A DNA stretch of 64,000 nt from Promethearchaeota archaeon (GCA_048940925.1 JBHLOC010000002.1:128001-192000); one strand, 5' to 3'; counted from the stretch's first letter, positions 18,646 to 29,983 are shown. Notes: a model not told the origin generated them from the letters alone. A program made the numbers and translations.

Positions 18646-20142
18646 GTGGTTCAGATAGGCAAAGAGTATTCCTTTGATAAGATCAATCCACGGAATTTAA
18701 TGGAAGCAACATACAGGGCTATTGAAAATTTTCAGATAAGGGCTCTTTTTGAAGCAAAAGAGGAAATTTTACAAGCTGGAAAATATTCGGAAGAAGAATT
18801 TTATGAAATTTTAGACTCAATGATCGATGCTGAAACAGAACGCACATTGATTTTAGAAGAAATACGAGGTAACGAGCCCTTATTTTTAGAAGAACTAGTA
18901 AAGATTGTAAAGGACGTGCCTCCTGTAAATGTTATTAGAGATATATTTTATTTAAAGGAACAGGGTTATATTAAAAAAGAAATCGAAACTAAAATTAAAA
19001 AAGTTATCAAGAAAATTAAAGGAGAAGAAAAAGAGGTTGAAGAAAAAGAATTTTTCTATAGATATCAAGCTAAAGATCTTCCAAATGATTTTATAGAGCA
19101 CCATTTGGAACCTGTTTCTATTGTATTTAAAGCAGGAGTATGTTGTCATTGTGGATGGTGCTCCTCTATCTGTCCTGTAAATGCCATAACTGTAACTGCT
19201 GACACACTTGAAATACACGATGAAATTTGTATTAAATGTGGATTATGTTATACAGTTTGTCCTCGTTCCTTTTCAATTGAACAAGCTTTAATGGCTATTA
19301 AAAAACTTGATAAAACCTTTAAATTTTCAGAAAAAATTAATGGTTATATCGATACCTATTCTGCCACCACAACTAAAGATGAGATCAAAAAGGTACGACA
19401 AGATGGAGGAATCGTAACCTCATTATGTGAATATTTACTTACGAATAAATTAGTTGATGCGATTGTAGCTGTTCAGCATTCAAAAGACTTATGGAAACCG
19501 GAGCCAGTTATTGTAGATAATTTAAAAGATCTCTATAAGACAGGAGGGACGAAATATGCAAATGCATCAACATTAGCAATTATTGATAAAACAAAGATGT
19601 ATGAGAACATAGCAGTAGTAGGAACTCCCTGTATGATGAATGCTTTAGAAAAAGGTCAATTATTTCCAAGCGGTATAGTCTTTTTCAAGAATATAAAATA
19701 TAAAATTGGACTTTTTTGCATGGAATCTTTTCCCTATGAGGGTGTACTTGGATTAATTAAGGAGCAATTTAAACAGGATTTTACTAAAGTAACAAAGATG
19801 GATATCAGCGGTGGTAAATTTATTATCTATATGGATTCAGGAGAAGAATTAAAAGTACCACTTAACGATATTAAATCTTATGCACGCTCTAATTGTCATT
19901 ATTGTGAAGATTTAACAGCGGATTATGCTGATATTTCTGTAGGTTCAATTGGTTCAGGAAGTGGCTGGTCTTCTGTAATCACCCGAAATAAAAAGGGAGA
20001 AAAAATTTTTAAAGCTGCAGTTAAAGCTAAGTTAATCGAAGCTAAAAGTCTAAAAGAAGTTAAACCTGGTTTAGGTTTATTAGAAAGGATTGCTCTTAGT
20101 AAGAGGAAGAACTGTAAACCAATTAATCTAGAAGGAGAATAA
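18646..20142 (+). CDS. FrhB/FdhB-family protein with N-terminal helical/wHTH module and ferredoxin
   Basis: CCHCGWCSSICP, CIKCGLCYTVCP, RQDGGIVT, VGTPC, IGLFCME, CHYCEDLTADYADISVG. Confidence 0.85.
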   Translation: MVQIGKEYSFDKINPRNLMEATYRAIENFQIRALFEAKEEILQAGKYSEEEFYEILDSMIDAETERTLILEEIRGNEPLFLEELVKIVKDVPPVNVIRDIFYLKEQGYIKKEIETKIKKVIKKIKGEEKEVEEKEFFYRYQAKDLPNDFIEHHLEPVSIVFKAGVCCHCGWCSSICPVNAITVTADTLEIHDEICIKCGLCYTVCPRSFSIEQALMAIKKLDKTFKFSEKINGYIDTYSATTTKDEIKKVRQDGGIVTSLCEYLLTNKLVDAIVAVQHSKDLWKPEPVIVDNLKDLYKTGGTKYANASTLAIIDKTKMYENIAVVGTPCMMNALEKGQLFPSGIVFFKNIKYKIGLFCMESFPYEGVLGLIKEQFKQDFTKVTKMDISGGKFIIYMDSGEELKVPLNDIKSYARSNCHYCEDLTADYADISVGSIGSGSGWSSVITRNKKGEKIFKAAVKAKLIEAKSLKEVKPGLGLLERIALSKRKNCKPINLEGE

Positions 20143-20162
20143 CACATAAATATAATTTTATC

Positions 20163-21275
20163 ATGAGTTCAAAATCATTTAAGGATCTAATTAAAGAAGT
20201 TCATGAGAAAGGTATTTGTCAAGAATGTGGAGGCTGTGTAAGCTTTTGCAGTTCAGTTGATTATAATGTAATTGGATTTAAAGAACCCTTCTCACCTCCA
20301 GAATATATAAATAAAGATGCTTGTCTTGAATGTGGGATATGTTATTATCTCTGTCCTCAAACTCATATTTTGGATGATGATCTTAACAAAACATATAATT
20401 TTACTGATTTCAATTCAATGCCTTTAGGGTATTTCGAAGATATTCTATCTTGTCAAACAACTGATCCTGAATTTTTAAAACATGGAACTGATGGTGGAGT
20501 GGTAAATACAATCATAAACTACCTATTAGAAAAAAAATTAATTGATGGAGCGATTGTAGCAAAATATCAGGGTCCATTCTCTAGAGAATCCATGTTTGCT
20601 GAAGGAAAAGGTGATCTAATTAAGGCATCAGGTACAAAATTGGAAATATCTACCCAATTAGATGAAATTCAAAGATTTTGTACATATACACGCTCCATCC
20701 CTCAATTAAACCACTATAAATTTAAAAAATTAGCAATAGTGGGGACACCTTGCCAAATTTATACGGTTAGATGTATGCAAAATTTAGGTGTGACCCCTTC
20801 TGAGTATATTGAAATATGTTTAGGATTATTTTGCTATCATAATTTTCTTTTTGAGAAAACTCAGAGAGAAAAATTTGAAAAAACTTTTAATTTAAAATTT
20901 GAAAATATAAAAAAAATAAATATTAAGGAAGATTTGATTCTAAACTTGCAGTATAATAAATCTAAAGAGAAAACACTCCATATTCCTTTTGAACAGTTGA
21001 CAGATTACATCCGTCCTCCCTGTCATTCTTGTACCGATTTTACTAATATCTATGCTGATATTTCATTTGGAGGTCTTGGATCACCAAATAAATATACTAC
21101 AGTAATTCCTCGTACAGAAAAAGGTAAAAAATTGATTAACAAAATTCTTGATGATAAGATTATTAAATGTTTAGACATTGATGCTACAGCTGAAAATAAA
21201 ATGAAAGAGTTAATCACAAAATTTTCTCGATTAAAGATAAAGCGAGGAAAAGAATTTATAGAGAATTTAATGTGA
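20163..21275 (+). CDS. FrhB/FdhB-family protein
   Basis: CQECGGCVSFC, CLECGICYYLCP, GTDGGVV, VGTPCQ, LGLFC, CHSCTDF..ADISFGG. Confidence 0.85.
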   Translation: MSSKSFKDLIKEVHEKGICQECGGCVSFCSSVDYNVIGFKEPFSPPEYINKDACLECGICYYLCPQTHILDDDLNKTYNFTDFNSMPLGYFEDILSCQTTDPEFLKHGTDGGVVNTIINYLLEKKLIDGAIVAKYQGPFSRESMFAEGKGDLIKASGTKLEISTQLDEIQRFCTYTRSIPQLNHYKFKKLAIVGTPCQIYTVRCMQNLGVTPSEYIEICLGLFCYHNFLFEKTQREKFEKTFNLKFENIKKINIKEDLILNLQYNKSKEKTLHIPFEQLTDYIRPPCHSCTDFTNIYADISFGGLGSPNKYTTVIPRTEKGKKLINKILDDKIIKCLDIDATAENKMKELITKFSRLKIKRGKEFIENLM

Positions 21276-21279
21276 GGAA

Positions 21280-22536
21280 GTGAAATTTATAACAGAAATA
21301 GAAAAAAAAGGGAAACCAAAGCAAGATATTGATGAAATAGATTTATTCTTAAAAAAAATATATGAACCTAATTTAATAAATTTATTAAGAAAATGTTATC
21401 AATGTGCTCGATGTTCAGGTGTATGTCAAGTTAGCAAAGTTCAGAAGTTCACACCAAGTAGAATAATTCAGATGATTTTAGAGGGTTTTGAGGATAAGAT
21501 TATCGAAAGTGGAGTTTTATGGGATTGTTTAACATGCAATGCTTGCCTCCAAAACTGTCCTAAAGATATAAACTTTGCGGACATTGTGCGAATAGCACGA
21601 TATAAAATGCAAAAAGAAGGTTTTCACAGTCTTGATCGGTTAATATCACATAAAGGCCTTTATCCGACAATAGGTGAACTAATGAGTCAAAACCATATTG
21701 ATATTACAAGACCCTTGGATTGGATTCCAAAAGGGTGTAAAGTTAAAGATAAAGGAAATATATTATATTTTGTTGGATGCATTCCTTTTTTTGGTTATGA
21801 TTTTGAGAATTTAGACAAAATAGCGTCTAGCACATTATCAATTATTTGTAAAATTGAAAATGAGCCTATTGTTGTCCTCAAGGAAGAAGTTTGCTGTGGA
21901 CATGATTTATATTGGGGGCAAGGTAAATTTGAAGTATATATAGAATTAGCAAAAAAAAATAAAAAATTATTTGAAAAAGCAGGGATTTCCACAATAATAA
22001 CAGCATGTGCGGAATGTTATAGAACATTTAAAGTGGATTATCCCAATTTATTTGAAGATTTCGACTCAAAATTTGAAGTTAAACATATTATTGAATATGT
22101 GTATGATAATTGGAAGCTAGGGAAAATAGCTTTTAAAAGTCCTAAAAAAGCTTATCAAAATATTAATTTTACTTTTCATGATCCTTGTAGATTAAGTAGA
22201 TTTTTACCAAAAAATATAAATCTAGTAGAAGAACTTCGAGAAATTTTTACACATCTAAACAGTCTTGGGTATAATTTCAAAGAAATGAAACATAATAAGC
22301 AGAATTCATTATGTTGTGGAGTCAGTTCTTGGTTGAATTGTAATGAGCGTTCAAAAGCATTGCGATATACTAGAATTTTAGAGGCAAAGGATGTCGGTTC
22401 TAAAGTATATACATCTTGTCCTAAATGCAATATCCATTTAAATTGTATAAAGAAAGATTATGAAGATATATCTTCAGTAGAAATTTCAGATCTTTCAGAA
22501 TTTCTAGTTGATATAATTTCTATTATAAAAAATTAA
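21280..22536 (+). CDS. HdrD-like (HdrC-type ferredoxin plus two CCG domains)
   Basis: CYQCARCSGVC, CLTCNACLQNCP, EVCCG, TACAEC, HDPCRL, LCCG, SCPKC. Confidence 0.85.
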   Translation: MKFITEIEKKGKPKQDIDEIDLFLKKIYEPNLINLLRKCYQCARCSGVCQVSKVQKFTPSRIIQMILEGFEDKIIESGVLWDCLTCNACLQNCPKDINFADIVRIARYKMQKEGFHSLDRLISHKGLYPTIGELMSQNHIDITRPLDWIPKGCKVKDKGNILYFVGCIPFFGYDFENLDKIASSTLSIICKIENEPIVVLKEEVCCGHDLYWGQGKFEVYIELAKKNKKLFEKAGISTIITACAECYRTFKVDYPNLFEDFDSKFEVKHIIEYVYDNWKLGKIAFKSPKKAYQNINFTFHDPCRLSRFLPKNINLVEELREIFTHLNSLGYNFKEMKHNKQNSLCCGVSSWLNCNERSKALRYTRILEAKDVGSKVYTSCPKCNIHLNCIKKDYEDISSVEISDLSEFLVDIISIIKN

Positions 22537-22557
22537 AAAAGGGGAGATAAAAAGATA

Positions 22558-25500
22558 GTGGAAGGATCTGTATTAGTAATTGGAGGAGGTATTGCGGGAA
22601 TCCAAACATCTTTAGATTTAACTGAATTAGGATTCAAGGTGTATTTAGTAGAAAAAACACCCTCAATAGGAGGGAGAATGGCTCAACTTGATAAAACATT
22701 CCCTACATTAGACTGTAGTTTATGCATTTTGGCACCTAAAATGGTGGAAGTTTTAAGGAATCCTAACATTGAACTCATGACATATCATGAAGTGCAGAAA
22801 GTAACTGGAAAAACTGGAGATTTTAATGTAACAGTTCTTAAGAAACCTCGTTATATAGATGAATCAAAATGTAAAGGATGTGGAGATTGTGCCAGCAAAT
22901 GCCCTAAGATCGAAGCTCCTAATCTTTTTGACATGAATTTAGGTAAAAGGAAATCTATTTATATTCCTTTTCCTCAGGCTGTACCCCCTGTTTATTTAAT
23001 TGACTCTGAAATGTGCCTAAAACTCACTAGGGATGTATGTGGAGTATGTCAGAAAGTTTGTGAAGCGGATGCAATAGATTTCGAACAAAAGCCCCAAGAA
23101 ATTAAGTTAAAAGTAGGAGCAATTGTTGTAGCAACGGGATTTGATATGACCCAGGAAGGATTATCATCAAGGTGGGGTATATATCATGAAAATGTAATAA
23201 CTGCTTTAGAGTACGAACGAATCCTTTGTGCTAGTGGTCCGTTTGATGGTCATGTTCTACGCCCAAGTGATAAAAAAGAACCTGAAACAATAGCGTTTAT
23301 TCAGTGTGCAGGCTCCAGGGACTTACGTGAAAGAGTTCCTTATTGTTCAAGCGTATGCTGTATGTATTGTGCCAAAGAAGCCATAATCACACGGGAACAC
23401 TCTGAAAACTCAAAATGTTTTGTTTTTCGACATGATATTAGGGCATATGGAAAAAATTTCTATGAATTTACTCAAAGAGCTCAAGAAGAATATGGAGTAA
23501 CTTATTTTCATACAAAAATTAGTAAAATTAAAGAAGATCCTCAAACTAACGATTTAACTATTCTATATGAAGATTTACAAACGGGATTACTCAACGAGTT
23601 TAAAGCAAATTTAGTTATTTTAGCTACTCCGCTTATTCCATCGAAAGGTACTAGAGAATTGGCAAAAATTTTAGATATTAACTTAGATGATTATAATTTC
23701 TTTGAGGAAACATCTCACTTTTATAAATCTTTATCTTCAAGGGAGGGTGTTTTCTTAGCAGGATTTTGTCAAGGACCGATGGATATACCCGAAACCGTAG
23801 CAGATGCCAGTGGAGTGGCTTCACAGGTTGCAGCTTTACTTAACTCCGTTAAATTTACTCAAATCAAAGAAAAAGTTTTTGATGTACCAGAAAAAGAAGT
23901 TCTCTTAACTGATGATCCAAGAATTGGTGTGCTTATCTGCCACTGTGGTATTAATATAGGGAAATATATTGAAATACCAAAAGTTATAGATTATATTAAG
24001 GCATTACCGAATGTAGTTTTTTGTGAAGATAATTTATATTCATGTAGTTCTGATTCCCAGGAACTAATTAGAGAAGTCATCAAAGATTTTGATTTGAATA
24101 GGTTTATTGTTGCTTCATGTACTCCAAGAACTCATGAGGCTTTATTTCAAGAAACATGTCAAGAAGCTGGATTGAATAAGTATTTATTCGAGATGGTTAA
24201 CATACGGGACCAATGCTCTTGGGTTCATATGACTGAGAAAGAAGCAGCAACTGAAAAAGCTATTGATTTAATTGAAATGGCTATTGCTAAGTCTAGACTA
24301 TTACAACCACATACAGAACAAGAATTATCAGTGATACCTAATGCCTTAATAATTGGTGGTGGAGTATCTGGAATGACAGCTGCATTGAACATTGCAAATC
24401 AAGGATTTGATGTTTACCTCATAGAAAAGAAAAAGAAACTAGGAGGTCTTTTAAACGATTTATATCTTTTGTATCCAACTCAAGAAGATGCTTCGATATT
24501 CCTGAAGGAAATAACTCAGAAAGTTGAGAACCATAAAAATATTGAGGTTCATTTAGAGTCAAAAGTAAAAGATGTTAAAGGATATGTTGGAAATTATGAT
24601 GTATCCCTTATTAATACCAATAATGAGGTGAGCGAACTTAAAGTTGGTATTATTATTGTCGCTACTGGAGGTCAAGAATTAAAACCTGATCAATATTCGA
24701 TATATGATGATAAAAATCAAAATGTTATTACTCAATTAGAATTGGAGCAGAAATTAAAAAGTGAGGATAAGTCTTGGCTTGATAATATCAAACGAGTTAC
24801 TACAATTCTATGTGTAAATGCAAGACAAGATGAAGGGATTACATTTTGCTCAAATATATGCTGTGTAACGACTATCAAAAACATGAATATTCTAAAGGAA
24901 TTAAAACCAGACCTCGAAATCATTATCCTCTATAGAGATTTTCAAATGGCTAAAAAGGAATTTGAAGAATACTTTTTTGATAGGAGGAAAGATGCAATTC
25001 TTCTCAGATATGACATAAACAAACCACCAAAAATTACTAAAATAAAAAATAAACCTGAAAAATATGGTATAAAGGTATTTGATACTAATTTACAAGATTT
25101 CATTTCCTTTGATACAGATTTTGTAATCCTATCTCCTCCCATGATTCCATCAGATGATTCAAAAGAGTTAGGAAAAATGTTAAAAGTACCCTTAGATAGG
25201 CATGGCTTTTTCTTAGAAGCACATGCTAAATTAAGACCAGTAGATTTCGCTACTGATGGTGTTTTTCTATGTGGTTGTGCTCATTGGCCAAAACATATTC
25301 AAGAATCAATTACCCAAGCAAATGGAGCTGCTGGGAGAGCAAGCAGATTTTTAAGTTCAAAAGGCATTGTTGCATCAGGTTTAGTAGCAGAAGTAAATAG
25401 TGATATTTGTATAGGATGTGGTGTTTGTACGAAATTATGTCCTTATAATGCTATATCGAAAGATGAAGAAGGTATAGCGATTGTGAATAAACTTGTGTGT

Positions 25501-25608
25501 AAAGGCTGTGGGGTATGTGGTGCGAGTTGTCCCGAAAATGCTATAACTGTACATCACTTTACTACAGATCAGATCTTATCAGAAATCATTGTTTATGGGG
25601 GGGATTAA
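22558..25608 (+). CDS. hdrA: Large (double-FAD) HdrA-family flavoprotein
   Basis: Two GGGxxG FAD sites, LDKTFPT, ferredoxin insert, internal [14 protein letters not shown]-terminal 2x[4Fe-4S]. Confidence 0.9.
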   Translation: MEGSVLVIGGGIAGIQTSLDLTELGFKVYLVEKTPSIGGRMAQLDKTFPTLDCSLCILAPKMVEVLRNPNIELMTYHEVQKVTGKTGDFNVTVLKKPRYIDESKCKGCGDCASKCPKIEAPNLFDMNLGKRKSIYIPFPQAVPPVYLIDSEMCLKLTRDVCGVCQKVCEADAIDFEQKPQEIKLKVGAIVVATGFDMTQEGLSSRWGIYHENVITALEYERILCASGPFDGHVLRPSDKKEPETIAFIQCAGSRDLRERVPYCSSVCCMYCAKEAIITREHSENSKCFVFRHDIRAYGKNFYEFTQRAQEEYGVTYFHTKISKIKEDPQTNDLTILYEDLQTGLLNEFKANLVILATPLIPSKGTRELAKILDINLDDYNFFEETSHFYKSLSSREGVFLAGFCQGPMDIPETVADASGVASQVAALLNSVKFTQIKEKVFDVPEKEVLLTDDPRIGVLICHCGINIGKYIEIPKVIDYIKALPNVVFCEDNLYSCSSDSQELIREVIKDFDLNRFIVASCTPRTHEALFQETCQEAGLNKYLFEMVNIRDQCSWVHMTEKEAATEKAIDLIEMAIAKSRLLQPHTEQELSVIPNALIIGGGVSGMTAALNIANQGFDVYLIEKKKKLGGLLNDLYLLYPTQEDASIFLKEITQKVENHKNIEVHLESKVKDVKGYVGNYDVSLINTNNEVSELKVGIIIVATGGQELKPDQYSIYDDKNQNVITQLELEQKLKSEDKSWLDNIKRVTTILCVNARQDEGITFCSNICCVTTIKNMNILKELKPDLEIIILYRDFQMAKKEFEEYFFDRRKDAILLRYDINKPPKITKIKNKPEKYGIKVFDTNLQDFISFDTDFVILSPPMIPSDDSKELGKMLKVPLDRHGFFLEAHAKLRPVDFATDGVFLCGCAHWPKHIQESITQANGAAGRASRFLSSKGIVASGLVAEVNSDICIGCGVCTKLCPYNAISKDEEGIAIVNKLVCKGCGVCGASCPENAITVHHFTTDQILSEIIVYGGD

Positions 25609-25612
25609 CTTA

Positions 25613-26386
25613 ATGGAATTCAAACCAAAAATTTTAGGATTTTTATGTAATTGGTGTTCTTATGCTGGGGCTGATCTTGCAGGTGTAAGTCGAATTCAGT
25701 ATTCTCCAAATATTAGAATTATAAGAGTTATGTGTAGCGGTAGAGTTGATCCTATCTTCATTGCTGAAGCGTTTTCTAATAATATTGATGGTGTATTAGT
25801 TTTAGGATGTCATCCTGGAGATTGCCATTATATAAGTGGCAACTATGAAGCAGAAATAAAAATGAAGATGTTGAATAAATTATTAGAATTAATAGGGTAT
25901 TCTAAACGTTTACGATTAGATTGGGTTTCTGCTGCTGAAGGTAATAGATTTGCTCAGCTAGTTGATGAATTTAATGAACATATTAAGAAATTAGGTCCTA
26001 ACCCAATAAAAAACAAAAAACTAAAAGCTAAATTATCTGACGATTTTGCTGCAATAAAATCTGTTTTGATGGATTCTAGACTTAGAATTTTAGTGGGTAG
26101 AGAAAGAAAAATCACTACAGAAGGAAATGCATATAATGAGATAATCCCTATAGAGGAATTTGACCAAAAAATTGACGATGCAATTAATAATGAATTTTCA
26201 CGATATAAAATATTGCAAAAAATCTCTCACCATAGTAAATCTGTCCCAGAAATCTCTAAAGAGGTTCAAATTGCGCCAAATGAAGTATTAAATCACATTG
26301 TTACTTTAAGACAAAGAGGGCTTGTTGATTTAGATGAGGTTAATGAAGAAATACCAACATTTATTTCAATTAAGGAGGGTAAATAA
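25613..26386 (+). CDS. mvhD: MvhD with C-terminal helical/wHTH extension
   Basis: [29 protein letters not shown]; likely start MEFKPK at 25613 after a G-rich SD. Confidence 0.88.
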   Translation: MEFKPKILGFLCNWCSYAGADLAGVSRIQYSPNIRIIRVMCSGRVDPIFIAEAFSNNIDGVLVLGCHPGDCHYISGNYEAEIKMKMLNKLLELIGYSKRLRLDWVSAAEGNRFAQLVDEFNEHIKKLGPNPIKNKKLKAKLSDDFAAIKSVLMDSRLRILVGRERKITTEGNAYNEIIPIEEFDQKIDDAINNEFSRYKILQKISHHSKSVPEISKEVQIAPNEVLNHIVTLRQRGLVDLDEVNEEIPTFISIKEGK

Positions 26387-29300
26387 TGGAGAAAATAGGC
26401 GCTGTATTAGTGATAGGGGCAGGAATAGCAGGTATTCAAGCATCTATTGATTTAGCAGATTCTGGTTATAAAGTATATCTAGCGGAATCGACGATGAGTA
26501 TCGGTGGAGTTATGTCACAGCTAGATAAAACATTTCCTACAAATGATTGTGCTATATGTATACTCGCTCCAAAATTAGTACTTACTGGTCGTCATGAGAA
26601 TATAGATATTCTAATAAATTCCTCTATCGAAAAAATTGAAGGAAAACCTGGGAATTTTAAGGTTGAATTAAAACAGAAATCATTATATTTAGATCAAAAT
26701 AAATGCACAGGTTGCGGTGTCTGTGCTCAAAAATGTCCTATTGAAGCTATTGATTTTTTCAATGAAGGTCTTTCGAAAAAATCTGCGATATCTGTAAAAT
26801 TTCCCCAAGCAGTTCCTTTAGTGTTTTCAATAGATAAAGAAAAATGTATAGGTTGCGAAGTTTGTAAAGAAATTTGTAAAGCTGATGCAATAGATTATAA
26901 GTTAAAAGAAAAAAAAATTAATCTTAATGTAGGAGCAGTAATTTTAGCGGTTGGATTTGATGAATTTGAACCTGCTCCTTTAACAAATCTAGGATATGGT
27001 AAATTTTTAAATGTAATAACGAGTATTCAATTTGAGCGCATATTAAGCGCTAGTGGACCACACTCTGGTTTAATACTTCGTCCTTCGGATGGGATTATAC
27101 CCAGAAAAATAGCATTCCTACAATGTGTTGGATCAAGGGATAAAAGACATAATGTTGAATATTGTTCCTCAGTATGTTGTATGTATACTACAAAAGAAGC
27201 CGTAATTGCAAAAGAACATGTTAATATTATAGAACCAACTATTTTTACAATGGATATACGTGCATATGGTAAAGATTTTGATAAGTATATTGAACGAGCA
27301 AAACATGAACATGGGATACGATATATTAGAAGTAGAATTTCGAAAGTTAGTGAAATTCAAGACTCTAAAGATTTAAAGATTCGATATGAAACAGAAGATG
27401 GAAAAATCATCGAAGAGACCTTTAATTTAGTTGTTTTAGCTGTCGGAGCCCAACCTAATCATAGTGCTAAAGAATTGGCTGAAAAACTAGACGTTGAGTT
27501 AAATGAATACGGTTTTTGTAAGACTAATAGGTTTAATCCGGTAGAAACATCACAACCAGGGATTTATGTATGTGGGATGTTTGCTTCGCCTAAAGATATT
27601 CCAGAAACTGTTATCGAAGCAAGTGCTGCTGCTGGATGTGTGAATGTTCTTCTCTCTGAAACAAGAAATACATTAATCTCAAAGAAAGAAATGCCTGAAG
27701 AAATTGATGTGTCTGATGAACCCCCCCGAATAGGTGTTTTTATTTGTCATTGCGGGATAAATATTGGTGGTGTTGTTAATGTTCCTGAAGTAGTTGAATA
27801 TGCTAAATCTCTTCCAAGCGTAGTTTACGCTGAACATAATCTCTATACATGTTCTGCTGATACTCAAACTAATATTAAAGAAAAAATTCAAGAATATCAG
27901 CTTAATAGAGTTATAGTTGCCTCATGTACTCCGCGAACACATGAGCCATTGTTTCAAGCAACAATTCAGGAGGTAGGATTAAATAAATATCTGTTTGAGA
28001 TGGTCAATATTCGAGATCAGTGTTCTTGGGTTCACATGCATGAAGCTGAAAATGCTACCTTTAAAGCAAAAGACTTAATAAGAATGTCAGTAGCTAAAGC
28101 TAAGCAATTAGTACCATTGCAAGAACAAGAAATTGATGTGGTTGATAAAGGATTAATTATAGGCGGAGGTGTATCTGGAATGTCAGCAGCACTAAACCTA
28201 GCATCTCAAGGTTTTGAAGTATACTTACTTGAGAAGGAGGATTCTCTAGGCGGATTTGCTAAAAATATATTTCAAAGCCTTGAAAATGATAATATACAGG
28301 AATTTCTTGAAAATCTAATAAAAGCAGTTAAAGATAATCAATTGATTCATGCATATACAAATGCTCAAATCAATTCAATTTCAGGATACATTGGGAATTT
28401 TACCACCAATATAAATTATGGAAAAAATAATAAAAATGTGGATCTTGAGCATGGAATAATAATTGTAGCTACTGGAGCTAGAGAATATCAGCCAACAGAA
28501 TATAGCTTTGGAAAAGATAAAAGAATTATATCTCAAACTGAATTTGAAAAAATTCTTTTTACCACTGATAATATAAAGAATTTAAAATCAATTGTGATGA
28601 TTCAATGTGTTGGTTCTAGAAATGAAGAACATCCATATTGTAGTCGAATATGTTGCTCTGAAGCTATTAAAAATGCATTAAAAGCAAAAGAAATTGATCC
28701 TAATATTGAAATAGTAATTTTATATCGCGATATAAGAACCTACGGTTTTAAAGAGAAGTATTATAACCAAGCAAGAGAAAATAAAGTGATTTTTGTTAGA
28801 TTTGATGAAAATAATCCTCCAGAATTAAATATAAAAAACAAAAAATTAAGTATTTCTCTTAATAGACCTACCTTAGGAGATTTGGAAATTAATCCAGATT
28901 TGTTAGTATTAAGCACTGGGCTGGTAGCACCTCAAAAAGAAAATGAAGATTTAGCTAAAATGCTCAAAGTGCCGCTTAATGAAGATAAATTCTTTCTGGA
29001 AGCTCATGTTAAGTTAAGACCTATTGATTTCGCAACGGATGGGATATTCTTATGTGGATGTGCTCATTCACCTAAAAATATCAGAGAATCAATTGCTCAA
29101 GCAAATGGTGCCGCTGCCCAAGCAGTTAAAATTTTAAGTGCTGAAAATATTGTTACATCCGGTCTAGTTGCTACTGTAGTAGAAGAAAATTGTATTGGTT
29201 GTGGAACATGCGTTGAAGTTTGTCAATTTAATGCAATTGATTTAATTGAAAAAGAAAAAGTGTTTGAAGATTGTATAATTAAAATAAAAAAATCTCATAT

Positions 29301-29427
29301 TAATCCTGCCCTTTGTAAAGGTTGTGGCACATGTGGAGCGCAATGTCCAAATTCCGCAATTATTGTTAAGCATTTTGGTTTTGAGCAAATAACCGCTATG
29401 ATTTCAGCACTTTTAATTCAAAGTTAA
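26386..29427 (+). CDS. hdrA: Large (double-FAD) HdrA-family flavoprotein
   Basis: Same architecture as 22558; more divergent paralogue. Confidence 0.9.
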   Translation: MEKIGAVLVIGAGIAGIQASIDLADSGYKVYLAESTMSIGGVMSQLDKTFPTNDCAICILAPKLVLTGRHENIDILINSSIEKIEGKPGNFKVELKQKSLYLDQNKCTGCGVCAQKCPIEAIDFFNEGLSKKSAISVKFPQAVPLVFSIDKEKCIGCEVCKEICKADAIDYKLKEKKINLNVGAVILAVGFDEFEPAPLTNLGYGKFLNVITSIQFERILSASGPHSGLILRPSDGIIPRKIAFLQCVGSRDKRHNVEYCSSVCCMYTTKEAVIAKEHVNIIEPTIFTMDIRAYGKDFDKYIERAKHEHGIRYIRSRISKVSEIQDSKDLKIRYETEDGKIIEETFNLVVLAVGAQPNHSAKELAEKLDVELNEYGFCKTNRFNPVETSQPGIYVCGMFASPKDIPETVIEASAAAGCVNVLLSETRNTLISKKEMPEEIDVSDEPPRIGVFICHCGINIGGVVNVPEVVEYAKSLPSVVYAEHNLYTCSADTQTNIKEKIQEYQLNRVIVASCTPRTHEPLFQATIQEVGLNKYLFEMVNIRDQCSWVHMHEAENATFKAKDLIRMSVAKAKQLVPLQEQEIDVVDKGLIIGGGVSGMSAALNLASQGFEVYLLEKEDSLGGFAKNIFQSLENDNIQEFLENLIKAVKDNQLIHAYTNAQINSISGYIGNFTTNINYGKNNKNVDLEHGIIIVATGAREYQPTEYSFGKDKRIISQTEFEKILFTTDNIKNLKSIVMIQCVGSRNEEHPYCSRICCSEAIKNALKAKEIDPNIEIVILYRDIRTYGFKEKYYNQARENKVIFVRFDENNPPELNIKNKKLSISLNRPTLGDLEINPDLLVLSTGLVAPQKENEDLAKMLKVPLNEDKFFLEAHVKLRPIDFATDGIFLCGCAHSPKNIRESIAQANGAAAQAVKILSAENIVTSGLVATVVEENCIGCGTCVEVCQFNAIDLIEKEKVFEDCIIKIKKSHINPALCKGCGTCGAQCPNSAIIVKHFGFEQITAMISALLIQS

Positions 29428-29453
29428 ATTAAAATTAAAAGAAATGATTACCA

Positions 29454-29885
29454 GTGATAAGTAAAGAAAAAAAAATAAAAAATAAGGAATTTCATCCAAA
29501 TATTTTGTGTTTCTGTTGTAATTGGTGTAGTTATGCTGGAGCAGATTTAGCTGGAGTCTCACGATTTCAATATCCCTCTACTATTAGAATAGTACGTGTA
29601 ATGTGTTCTGGTAGAGTAGACCCCGCTTTTATTTTAGAAGCATTTAAAGATGGTATTGATGGAGTCATTGTAACAGGATGTCATATTGGTGATTGTCACT
29701 ATTTGAAGGGAAATGAATTTGCGAGAGATAGATTTGAACGTTTTCAAGAAGTTCTGAAAATATTTAATCTTGATAAAAGATTTAGACTTGAATGGGTAAG
29801 TGCCTCTGAAGGAAAACGATTTGCTGAAGTCATCACTGAATTTACTAATCAAATTAAAGAATTAGGTCCATTGCAAACTATTTAA
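29454..29885 (+). CDS. mvhD: MvhD [2Fe-2S] subunit
   Basis: [33 protein letters not shown]. Confidence 0.92.
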   Translation: MISKEKKIKNKEFHPNILCFCCNWCSYAGADLAGVSRFQYPSTIRIVRVMCSGRVDPAFILEAFKDGIDGVIVTGCHIGDCHYLKGNEFARDRFERFQEVLKIFNLDKRFRLEWVSASEGKRFAEVITEFTNQIKELGPLQTI

Positions 29886-29983
29886 AATAACTATTTTCTA
29901 AATGAGTAAAAAATTCATATTTCAGTTTCCTATTAACTTTAGAATATTTTATTTTCATCCTTCTTTATGGATAGGTATAAAAT

